Part shown: piece by piece, positions 56,181 to 64,000 of the stretch
How positions within the stretch are numbered: position 1 is the stretch's first letter
How the letters are laid out: every line of letters begins with the position of its first letter
DNA from: Borreliella garinii
GTDB lineage: Bacteria; Spirochaetota; Spirochaetia; JABEVK01
Assembly (NCBI GenBank): GCA_020720765.1
Contig: DYOB01000002.1
Span: 11,039 to 75,038 of the forward strand
Reading direction: 5' to 3'
DNA length: 64,000 nt
The notes under the pieces: model-generated
Database searches by the model: none
What the model saw: only the letters and a program-made list of their open reading frames with translations
What the model was told of the DNA's origin: nothing
Made by a program: the position numbers and the translations under genes

Positions 56181-58598
56181 ATGACCGCTAAAGGTGTTAT
56201 TCGTTATATTAATCAAAAAAAAATTTACGGATTTATTCTTGGCGGTCTTATTTTCACCTTTATCACTATCACTTACCTTAATCCGAATACACCCTTCCTT
56301 TTTCAAATTGACCAGCGTCTGAGCGATATTTATTTCGGATTCAGGTCTCTGACAGAGACTCGGACTACCCAAGAAAACGTAAGCATGACGAGTCTTAGAA
56401 ACGATGTCTCAAGAGACTTGATTCTCGTAGGTATCGACGATTACAGCCTTGAAACCTTCGGCAGGTGGCCTTTTCCTCGTTCTGTCCACGGGAAATTTCT
56501 TACAAACCTAGCACGCATTCGAGATCAAAACCAAAGGGAAAATTCGGTTCTACTCGATATATTTTTCAGTGAACCAACACAAGACGCTGTTCAGGACGCT
56601 CTTCTTGAAGCTGGAATGTCTGAAAATAAACGGACTTTCCTTGAAACCGTTTTACATACGGGAGAAGGTCCTCAAGATTATAACAATAAAATGTTTGAGC
56701 GTTTGAATTCCCTTATCGAAGCTTCAGGCGAACTCCACCGTGTTCAAGGGGATCATGAGTTGATGACGCCATTCTATTCTTTAGAGGCACCTCTTTCAGC
56801 GTTTGGAAGGCAGGTTAAAGGGTTCGGGCATGCTATTTTCTTACCGGATTCGGACGGTGTTTTTAGACGTCAGAAACTCATCCTCAAGGCGTCACGCCTG
56901 GTTGATGAAGTGCCATTAGAGGCATTTCAGCCGGGTGAAAAACTTGAAAATCTCCAACGGTACGCTTATGTCAATAAAAATGGTGTACTAGTTTCCATAT
57001 TTGACGATTTAGACGCACAAAGACTTGAACAACTAAAAACACAGCTTCCGGAGTTGGCCTTATACCGTTTTGAAGACACAGATGGCGATGGGACCCCTGA
57101 AACTGAAAATATCTATATTAAAAAATTCCAGGATTACTTTATTCCATCCATCACCCTTTCTTTAGCTGCACAATACTTCCATAAACAACTCGATGATTTG
57201 GAAATAATTATCGGGGACGCAATCATCATTAAAGAACCACAAACAATTAACCCGGATTCAGGTGAATTGATTCCCTACCAAATTCCGCGCACCACCTACG
57301 GAAAAGACGAAGAGGGAAACGAAATAGCATTTGTAGAGTATGAGCCTGTTCCTGAAATCCGAATTCCTATAGACGAAGAAGGTCAAATGTTGATCAACTT
57401 TATCGGTGCCAGAAGTTCTCCAAGGGACAATGAATACCGGACCTACGATTATAAATCCTATGCCCAATACGCTGGCCGAAATGTTTCCAAGGATCCTTCT
57501 ACATGGGGTCCTACTCTGGTACTAGGGAACAAAATCCTAATGGTTGGACCTTTCAGTTCGGGTATGGCCGATGATGAGAAGACAACACCGTTTGGTTTAA
57601 TGTATGGAGTGGAAATTCATACAAATGCTTTGAATACGATCCTCATGAATAATTTTATCCAAAATATGCCTGTGGGTTTTACCCTTGTTTTAGCGGCAGT
57701 ACTCATTTTTATCATGGCTTTTTTAGCGAGCCGTTTGCCGACCTTTATTTCTCTTCCAGCCGGGATAATAATGATTTTTATTTATTTTATGACGGCAGTT
57801 TTAATCTTTGATTATTCTTCTTATTATGTGCCCTTTGCAGCCGGTGCACTCGGTATCAGTATGACTTTTCTTTCGATCCTCGCTTATAGGGTTATCACCG
57901 AAGAATCGGACAAAAAAAGAATTCGTGGAATGTTTTCAAAATATGTAAGCGCTGAAGTTGTCAATCAAATGATGGATCACCCTCCTGAGTTGGGAGGGGT
58001 GGATAAAGAATTAACCGTACTTTTCTCGGATATTCGTGGTTTTACCACTCTAAGTGAAAGTATGTCCGCGCAAGAGCTTGTGAACCACCTCAATGTTTAC
58101 CTTTCTGCCATGACAGATATTATCATGGAGTACAGGGGGACACTCGATAAATATGTTGGTGATGAAATCATGTGTTTCTGGGGAGCCCCATTGGACGAAA
58201 AGGAACACGCCTTGCTTTCCGCACAGTGTGCCTTAAGGCAGATGGAAGTTCTAGGTCAACTCAATTCACAGTGGCCTGAAAACAGAAAAATAAATATAGG
58301 CATCGGTCTTAATAGCGGGATCATGACAGTGGGTAATATGGGATCAAAAGGTCGAATGAACTATACCCTCATGGGGGATAACGTCAACCTTGGGGCGCGG
58401 CTGGAAGGTACAAATAAGGAATATAAAACCAACGTTATTATCAGTGAAAATACCTATGCGCTTATAGCAGACCAAGGTCCTATTGTGCGGGAACTCGATA
58501 ATATTAGGGTGAAAGGCAAAAATAAACCCGTGGTCATCTATGAACTTCTGGATTTTAAACAGGGATTCTATCCTCCAGGAAAATTACCCCGTCAATGA
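56181..58598 (+). CDS. Class III adenylate/guanylate cyclase with an N-terminal CHASE2 extracytoplasmic sensor domain.
   Basis: 805 aa. N-terminal TM helix plus periplasmic CHASE2-like region, then three to four TM helices. C-terminal CYCc catalytic domain (LTVLFSDIRGFTTLSE...YVGDEIMCFWGAP...GIGLNSGIMTVGNMGS...YTLMGDNVNLGARLE). Confidence 0.85.
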   Translation: MTAKGVIRYINQKKIYGFILGGLIFTFITITYLNPNTPFLFQIDQRLSDIYFGFRSLTETRTTQENVSMTSLRNDVSRDLILVGIDDYSLETFGRWPFPRSVHGKFLTNLARIRDQNQRENSVLLDIFFSEPTQDAVQDALLEAGMSENKRTFLETVLHTGEGPQDYNNKMFERLNSLIEASGELHRVQGDHELMTPFYSLEAPLSAFGRQVKGFGHAIFLPDSDGVFRRQKLILKASRLVDEVPLEAFQPGEKLENLQRYAYVNKNGVLVSIFDDLDAQRLEQLKTQLPELALYRFEDTDGDGTPETENIYIKKFQDYFIPSITLSLAAQYFHKQLDDLEIIIGDAIIIKEPQTINPDSGELIPYQIPRTTYGKDEEGNEIAFVEYEPVPEIRIPIDEEGQMLINFIGARSSPRDNEYRTYDYKSYAQYAGRNVSKDPSTWGPTLVLGNKILMVGPFSSGMADDEKTTPFGLMYGVEIHTNALNTILMNNFIQNMPVGFTLVLAAVLIFIMAFLASRLPTFISLPAGIIMIFIYFMTAVLIFDYSSYYVPFAAGALGISMTFLSILAYRVITEESDKKRIRGMFSKYVSAEVVNQMMDHPPELGGVDKELTVLFSDIRGFTTLSESMSAQELVNHLNVYLSAMTDIIMEYRGTLDKYVGDEIMCFWGAPLDEKEHALLSAQCALRQMEVLGQLNSQWPENRKINIGIGLNSGIMTVGNMGSKGRMNYTLMGDNVNLGARLEGTNKEYKTNVIISENTYALIADQGPIVRELDNIRVKGKNKPVVIYELLDFKQGFYPPGKLPRQ

Positions 58599-59335
58599 AA
58601 AGTTTAGTTTTCACACCGATCTTGTTTTTCCTTTTCTCCTGCGGGCTGGATTCAGTGAACTATTTAAATAATCCAACTGTTATTTCACAAACAGAAAATT
58701 CTATCCTTAAATGGCAGTATATTCCCGGCAACTATTCTGGAACAAACTTTCAGGGTTACGAACTTTTTTATAAATTTTATGTGGAAAATGTCAGTATCAA
58801 TTATGGACTGAACGATGAAAATTCTTTAAGCACTAATAACGGGGTAGAAGTTGTACCGACACCTGAAAGACTCCTTTCCCTTGGGTACCAGAGGCTCAAT
58901 CTCAGTCAGTACACTATGAATATTGAACCGTTGGTTTCTATAAACGTTTCTGATTTAGGAACAACCATCAACTATGAACTAACGTTTTCCAACCTTATCA
59001 ATGCTACTATCGACGTAAAAGTAGACAATCCTCCTTTCTTAATAGGTACAGAAAATGGGACTGGAATTATTCTGACAAATTTAGAAATCCGAAGAGGAGC
59101 TAGGAACTCCGCAGGAACCGAGTTCAGAAGATTCTGGGAAGTTTACGATTCTGTGCTCAGAGGTACACAGCCCAATCTGGAACCGAGTTTGACCACTGCG
59201 TTAACCTCGTCACCTCCAGCAATTTGGGTCGTTGCCTTTATCATGGCCTACGGCTGGAGCCCTGAGAACGGACGTGAAATCTCTGAACCCGTTCTCTTGG
59301 GTACAGTGAAAACTATGACTCTGAACTGGCCTTAA
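58595..59335 (+). CDS. Hypothetical lipoprotein.
   Basis: 246 aa with a lipoprotein signal peptide and lipobox (MKSLVFTPILFFLFSCG). I recognise no family. Confidence 0.55.
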   Translation: MKSLVFTPILFFLFSCGLDSVNYLNNPTVISQTENSILKWQYIPGNYSGTNFQGYELFYKFYVENVSINYGLNDENSLSTNNGVEVVPTPERLLSLGYQRLNLSQYTMNIEPLVSINVSDLGTTINYELTFSNLINATIDVKVDNPPFLIGTENGTGIILTNLEIRRGARNSAGTEFRRFWEVYDSVLRGTQPNLEPSLTTALTSSPPAIWVVAFIMAYGWSPENGREISEPVLLGTVKTMTLNWP

Positions 59336-59336
59336 A

Positions 59337-59579
59337 ATGAATATAGTTTGGATCATTTTAGAGTTTATCCTAACGGCTTGGATTAGTGGAATTCTCTTTT
59401 TTTATCTCAGCAGATCTTCAAATAAAATTTTTTTTTCTTATATAGTCACCGGGGTTGTTGGATCGTCTTTAGGTTCGATAATTGGTATTTATCTTTTTAA
59501 TATCAACACGCCTTTTGTTTTTACCGGTATTGGAGCCCTTTTAAGTTGTTTTTTATGGTACACCTTTAATCACGAATAA
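59337..59579 (+). CDS. Small integral membrane protein, possibly of the GlsB/YeaQ/YmgE transglycosylase-associated family.
   Basis: 80 aa with two to three TM helices and Gly-rich helix motifs (GVVGSSLGSIIG, FTGIGALLS). Confidence 0.45.
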   Translation: MNIVWIILEFILTAWISGILFFYLSRSSNKIFFSYIVTGVVGSSLGSIIGIYLFNINTPFVFTGIGALLSCFLWYTFNHE

Positions 59580-59628
59580 TGTCTATTCGGTCTACTAATA
59601 ATTCAATGTTTTTATTGACAATAACAGA

Positions 59629-60942
59629 TTAGAACAGGAAACGCCTTCTTTGAACGCTGAGAATAAACCCCATGGCCATTGCAGCTGAGAGCATCGAACT
59701 TCCTCCATAACTGATAAACAAAAGAGGTATCCCTGTTATGGGCATGATTCCGATATTCATACCTATGTTTAGGATAAGGTGAAAGAAGAACATCATTAAA
59801 AATCCGGCGGCTATAAGTGTGCCGAAATTGTCCCGTGATCTTATGATAGAAAGCGTTCCCCTCCATAGAATAACGATATAGAGACCTATAATAAAAAGAC
59901 CACCGATAAAACCCCATTCTTCTGCGACGATAGAAAAAATAAAATCCGTACTTTGCATGGGGATATAACGCAACTGGGATTGTGTGCCCTGTAAAAAACC
60001 TTTTCCGGAGAATCCCCCCGAGCCTACAGCATTTAAGGACTGTATAATATTCCATCCAGCACCTTGTGGATCGATATTGGGATTAAGGAAGGTTACCAAT
60101 CGCATTATTTGGTATTCTTTTAAAAAACCACGGAAAGCATAGCCGCCCCAGAGTCCTAAAAGGAGAATGGCCGAACTATATAGAGTCCAAAAATACATTT
60201 TTCTTTTTAACATTAAAAACCCAACCAAAGACAAAACAAAAACACCAAGAAGGATACCAGAAATAGTTAACATGTATTCTTGTGTAGATATCATGGGTAC
60301 AATGAAACTTAATGTTTGTGTGATCCTCTCAAAATAAATAGGTAGGACACCAAAGAGAACCGATAACGCCCCCACTGCAGTAAAGAAAAACAAATAGATA
60401 CCTGGAACTCCTGCTAAGAAGGAGATGGCTATAAAAATAGGAAAAAACACTAGGGCGGTTCCTAAGTCCGGTTGCCTTAAGATTAATAGTACAGGTACAA
60501 TCGTTAAAACCAAACCCTGCAGGAAAATGCTGGGTTTGTGTATTTCACCGGACCTTGTTGAAAAAAAAGATGATAAAAAAAGAACATAGGCTATTTTCAT
60601 AAATTCGGAAGGTTGTATCCCTAGCCCAAAAAATCCCAACCAACTTTTACTATTATTGACAACCCTTCCGAAAAACAATGTAAAGATAAGAAGTAGGAGA
60701 AAGAAAAGATAAAAAAATATGGACATTTCCCTAATGACTGTGTAATTTAAAAAAGCTAGGGAAAAAATAAGAATAATGCCCAAGGCAGCCCAAGCTATTT
60801 GGCGTACATATTCGTACGTTACCTGAGTACCAAAAGAATTGATACCGCTGCTGTAGACAAAGAGAATTCCCACGGAAATGAGTAAAATACTTACTATAAT
60901 GAGGCCAAGGTCGATGTTCAGCAGTGACTTACTGTTATTCAT
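59629..60942 (-). CDS. rodA: SEDS-family peptidoglycan glycosyltransferase RodA (FtsW/RodA/SpoVE).
   Basis: 437-aa polytopic protein with SEDS conserved regions (PSEFMKIAYVLFLSSFF, GGSSMLSAAMAMGFILSV). Directly downstream of the PBP2 gene. Confidence 0.85.
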   Translation of the reverse strand: MNNSKSLLNIDLGLIIVSILLISVGILFVYSSGINSFGTQVTYEYVRQIAWAALGIILIFSLAFLNYTVIREMSIFFYLFFLLLLIFTLFFGRVVNNSKSWLGFFGLGIQPSEFMKIAYVLFLSSFFSTRSGEIHKPSIFLQGLVLTIVPVLLILRQPDLGTALVFFPIFIAISFLAGVPGIYLFFFTAVGALSVLFGVLPIYFERITQTLSFIVPMISTQEYMLTISGILLGVFVLSLVGFLMLKRKMYFWTLYSSAILLLGLWGGYAFRGFLKEYQIMRLVTFLNPNIDPQGAGWNIIQSLNAVGSGGFSGKGFLQGTQSQLRYIPMQSTDFIFSIVAEEWGFIGGLFIIGLYIVILWRGTLSIIRSRDNFGTLIAAGFLMMFFFHLILNIGMNIGIMPITGIPLLFISYGGSSMLSAAMAMGFILSVQRRRFLF

Positions 60943-62816
60943 AAACCTCTCGTGTAATAGACATTCAGAGTTTGAATGGCTTGTTCGTACGTTTCATCAG
61001 CGAAGATTCCCTGGAAAATTATATTTGCTGCCTTTGGAGCCCAATAATCCACGTTTTCCTGAGCCTCAACCTGGACTACGACTACGAGTTTATCCTTTGG
61101 ATCCTCAGCATCGTAAGGACCAAAAGCCGTAAACCAGTTGTGATAATCTGTGCCGTATCCGGTCTCACCGCTGCCTGTTTTTCCACCGACCTGCACAGCT
61201 CGTGTTGTGATAAGGTGGGCATTTCCCTGGGTCACTGTATTGCGTAAATACCACTGTACTTTCTTAAATACTTCCGGATCGAGTTTGGATTCAAAAATGA
61301 TTTCTGGATTAATGCTTTCCACCAAATCTTTCGTTGTAGGATCCCTCACTTCCCGCACAAGATGCGGACGGTAAAGTTTCCCTTCATTGACAACGACAGC
61401 CATCATATTTGCCATTTGAAGGGGTGTGACACTTGTAAAACCTTGCCCGATGCTCATGTTCACAGTGTCGCCGCCTACCCAAGGGGAATTCAGGATGCGC
61501 TGTTTCCACCGCGGATTTGGCAGGATTCCAGTTATTTCACCAGGAAGGTCTATACCGCTTATCTCGCCATATCCAAACTCCCTAGCATAGTTGTAGAGGT
61601 TATCCACACCGAGATAATCTTTTCCTAGAGTATAAAAATAGACGTTACAGCTGTTCGCTAGACCATCAGCAAGGTTTTGAGGTCCATGACCCGAAAGTTT
61701 CCAGCAGTTAAAATACCTGTCCCCTACCCTTAAAGAACCTCCGCAGTAGATTTTTTTAAGGGGATCAATAAGTTTTGTATCCAATGCCGCAGTGGTTAGA
61801 ATAATTTTAAATGTTGAAGCTGGAGGATAGGAAGCTTGGATGGCTCTATTGAGAAAGGGGAAATTGGGATCACGGATCAACCCTTGGTAGATTGCTGCGC
61901 TGTTTTCCTGGTAGAAGATATTAGGGTCAAAATATGGAAGCGAGACCATTGCCAGAACTTCACCAGTAGCCGGGCGTAAGACAACGACGGAACCCCGCCG
62001 TCCCCCCAGACTCTTTTCTGCTAACAGTTGGATTCTGTTATCGATAGATAAAACAATATCGTTTCCTAAGGCTGGAGGCTGCTCTTTCTGGGTTTCGATA
62101 TCTACTCTTCTCCCCCTGACGTCCACGACCTGGTATCGGATACCGTCTATTCCTCTCAGGGTTTGATCATACCTCTTCTCTAAACCACTTTTACCCAGGA
62201 CGCTGCCGAAACCGTACCCTGCGTTGTAGAGAACCTGGAGCTCTTCCTGGGTTATTGTTCCCACATAGCCTATAACGTGGCTCAAGGATCCAACATTGGT
62301 GTAATTTCGTACTGGTTTGCTGGACCAAGAAATACCTGGAAATTCCTCAAGACGTTCGGCTATTTGGTAAATTTGTTCAATAGGGACGTTCGATTTGATT
62401 TCACGTGTCTGAAAAATATTATAGGTTTCGGGAGGAACCGATTCTTCCAACTGGGAAACTGGAATTTTTAAAACAAGGCTCAAACGGCCGAAAATCTCGT
62501 TGATTTCTTCGGAGGGAATCTCCGCAGGGTTTATTTCAATTGAAAAGCTATCAACATTTATAGCTAGCGGGTAAGTATAGTGGGTATCATAGATTTCACC
62601 GCGCTTTGCCGGAATGCTGATGGGTCTCTGGATTGTACGGCTTGCCCGTGATTGATAAAGAGAATTCTGGGCTATTTGAAGTTGGTAGAGTCGTACTATG
62701 AGAGGAAGAAGCAAAACACTTAATATTACTGTAAATAATACTGCGCGCCTCTTACGCAACATTCCCTGACTGAGTGAAAAATCAGCCATTTTCAAAACCA
62801 CCATACGATCGAACAA
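60939..62816 (-). CDS. mrdA: Penicillin-binding protein 2 (peptidoglycan D,D-transpeptidase MrdA).
   Basis: 625 aa with an N-terminal TM anchor, a PBP dimerisation domain (IPAKRGEIYD) and transpeptidase motifs STFK (ASTFKII), SCN and KTG (GGKTGSGE). Confidence 0.9.
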   Translation of the reverse strand: MFDRMVVLKMADFSLSQGMLRKRRAVLFTVILSVLLLPLIVRLYQLQIAQNSLYQSRASRTIQRPISIPAKRGEIYDTHYTYPLAINVDSFSIEINPAEIPSEEINEIFGRLSLVLKIPVSQLEESVPPETYNIFQTREIKSNVPIEQIYQIAERLEEFPGISWSSKPVRNYTNVGSLSHVIGYVGTITQEELQVLYNAGYGFGSVLGKSGLEKRYDQTLRGIDGIRYQVVDVRGRRVDIETQKEQPPALGNDIVLSIDNRIQLLAEKSLGGRRGSVVVLRPATGEVLAMVSLPYFDPNIFYQENSAAIYQGLIRDPNFPFLNRAIQASYPPASTFKIILTTAALDTKLIDPLKKIYCGGSLRVGDRYFNCWKLSGHGPQNLADGLANSCNVYFYTLGKDYLGVDNLYNYAREFGYGEISGIDLPGEITGILPNPRWKQRILNSPWVGGDTVNMSIGQGFTSVTPLQMANMMAVVVNEGKLYRPHLVREVRDPTTKDLVESINPEIIFESKLDPEVFKKVQWYLRNTVTQGNAHLITTRAVQVGGKTGSGETGYGTDYHNWFTAFGPYDAEDPKDKLVVVVQVEAQENVDYWAPKAANIIFQGIFADETYEQAIQTLNVYYTRGL

Positions 62817-63297
62817 ACCGATTGCGTACTTTTGTAAAAATGAGGAAAAAGAGAGGTGCTAGAACCGCAGTATAAAGAATTTCAATGAGCACTTTAAGGT
62901 TGAAAATACTCGATTCGATGATCCTGAGCGCGAAAATATTACCCAGGATATAAAGCAGAATATATTTTAGAAGCACAGATAGAAATGCCATCAACATAGG
63001 AACAAAAACCGGATCGTAAAATACTTTTCCTTTACCAAGACCAAAAAGAAAACCTGTGAGTGCTAAAATAAAACTACTTAAACCAACTGGTAAACCCGAA
63101 AAAAGATCTAAAAATATCCCCGCGATAAATCCAGTTAATTGGGCCGTTTGGGTCCCTTCGACGTGTGCAAGCCAAACAAGGTAAACCAGGCTTAATTGCG
63201 GAACAACATCCCATAAAGCAACCATCCGGAGCCAGGAGGCTTGGAGAAATATAAGCAGGCCTAAAACTAGAACATAGACAAAATACCGCAGTCTCAT
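62782..63297 (-). CDS. mreD: Rod shape-determining protein MreD.
   Basis: 171 aa, small and polytopic, lying between mreC and mrdA. Confidence 0.7.
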   Translation of the reverse strand: MRLRYFVYVLVLGLLIFLQASWLRMVALWDVVPQLSLVYLVWLAHVEGTQTAQLTGFIAGIFLDLFSGLPVGLSSFILALTGFLFGLGKGKVFYDPVFVPMLMAFLSVLLKYILLYILGNIFALRIIESSIFNLKVLIEILYTAVLAPLFFLIFTKVRNRFVRSYGGFENG

Positions 63298-64000
63298 GGA
63301 TTGGCCCCTTCTGAAACAACGATAAAAACGAATTCGAGTTTTGAAAAATTCACAACAGGTTCAAGTTCGATTTCCAATGTAGTTTCGTAATCCCTGCTGT
63401 AAATCTGCGAGACCCTTCCTATTCCTATGCCGCGCGGGTAGAGGGAATTATTCCCGCTTGTTACAACGATGTCTCCGAACCTTATCTCTTCCCTCGCCCT
63501 TTTACGGACAAACTGAAGCATCACATTATCGGATGCACCCCCCTGACCTACCGCAATACCTTCATATCGGTTGTTGAGAAACCGTGCCGCAACAAAATTC
63601 CCGGAATCTGTAATCGTTTGAACTTGCGCACCCGTAAACCCAGCATCTATCACCCTGCCCACCAAACCATAATCATCACCCTGATAGGCAATAACCGGAG
63701 CATCTTTTCTCACTCCATCTAAAAACCCTTTATTGATAAGGAGTACCTTTGTGACATTTGAAGGGTCGCTAGAAAGGATTTGTGCAGGAATAAGTTTGAC
63801 TGTCGATCTTTCTTGAAATTGAAGTTGGTCACGAAGGAGTTTGTTTTCCTGTCTAAGTTCGACTAGTGTTCTTTCCAAACCATGGTATCTTTCCAACCTC
63901 GAAGCCATATCGTCGTATTTCTTTTGAAGTTCACCAAGTTCATGGATTGAATTCAGTGTTCCGCTAACGGTATCACCGATACCTGTAAAGATATTCTGGA
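63294..64000 (-). CDS. mreC: Rod shape-determining protein MreC. The 5' end lies beyond the window end.
   Basis: The N-terminal coiled coil (LGELQKKYDDMASRLERYHGLERTLVELRQENKLLRDQL) and the C-terminal beta domain (GDIVVTSGNNSLYPRGIGIGRV) match MreC. The reading frame continues upstream past 63908 with no stop, so the gene is truncated by the window edge. Confidence 0.8.
   Translation of the reverse strand, partial: QNIFTGIGDTVSGTLNSIHELGELQKKYDDMASRLERYHGLERTLVELRQENKLLRDQLQFQERSTVKLIPAQILSSDPSNVTKVLLINKGFLDGVRKDAPVIAYQGDDYGLVGRVIDAGFTGAQVQTITDSGNFVAARFLNNRYEGIAVGQGGASDNVMLQFVRKRAREEIRFGDIVVTSGNNSLYPRGIGIGRVSQIYSRDYETTLEIELEPVVNFSKLEFVFIVVSEGANP

Overview
This is a gene-dense chromosomal segment, about 55 CDS with almost no intergenic space, from a spirochete-like bacterium. 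I saw no rRNA, tRNA, CRISPR or mobile elements. Nearly everything is conserved housekeeping, and the order of several blocks resembles the Borreliaceae core chromosome as I remember it: tmk-tamB-bamA-skp-mutS-comF-rimP-nusA-infB-rbfA-truB-rpsO-pnp-...-lptFG-tgt-murJ, greA...recA-folK-scpAB-rluB-cmk-rpsA, and mreCD-mrdA-rodA. The base composition, however, is much higher than Borrelia (about 45% GC by eye). Contents in order: an oppABCD oligopeptide ABC importer on the minus strand with OppD running off the left edge; an RNB-family exoribonuclease; tmk; a seven-gene translationally coupled envelope operon (candidate beta-barrel OMP, ExbB/TolQ, ExbD/TolR, a TonB/TolA-like transducer with an S-x3-H motif, giant TamB, BamA, Skp); a STAS protein; mutS; comFC; the rimP-nusA-infB-rbfA-truB block; rpsO-pnp; an M16 peptidase and a secreted beta-propeller ahead of LptF/LptG; tgt; murJ; a secreted HEAT-repeat protein; a minus-strand operon of TPR protein, spirochete-type long GreA (899 aa) and a bitopic protein with a VWA-like domain; rpe and several TPR or secreted hypotheticals; dtd; recA; folK; scpA; scpB; rluB; cmk; rpsA; a stand-alone sigma-54-activator-like AAA+ protein whose GAFTGA motif is degenerate (GAFSDA); a TPR membrane protein; a CHASE2 class III adenylate cyclase; a lipoprotein; a small membrane protein; and rodA-mrdA-mreD-mreC on the minus strand, with MreC running off the right edge. 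The features most worth a second look are the Ton/Tol-like proton-motive-force motor fused by ATGA overlaps to TamB-BamA-Skp, the GreA/VWA operon, the orphan EBP-like ATPase, the NusA zinc-ribbon tail, and the IF2 tandem repeats.
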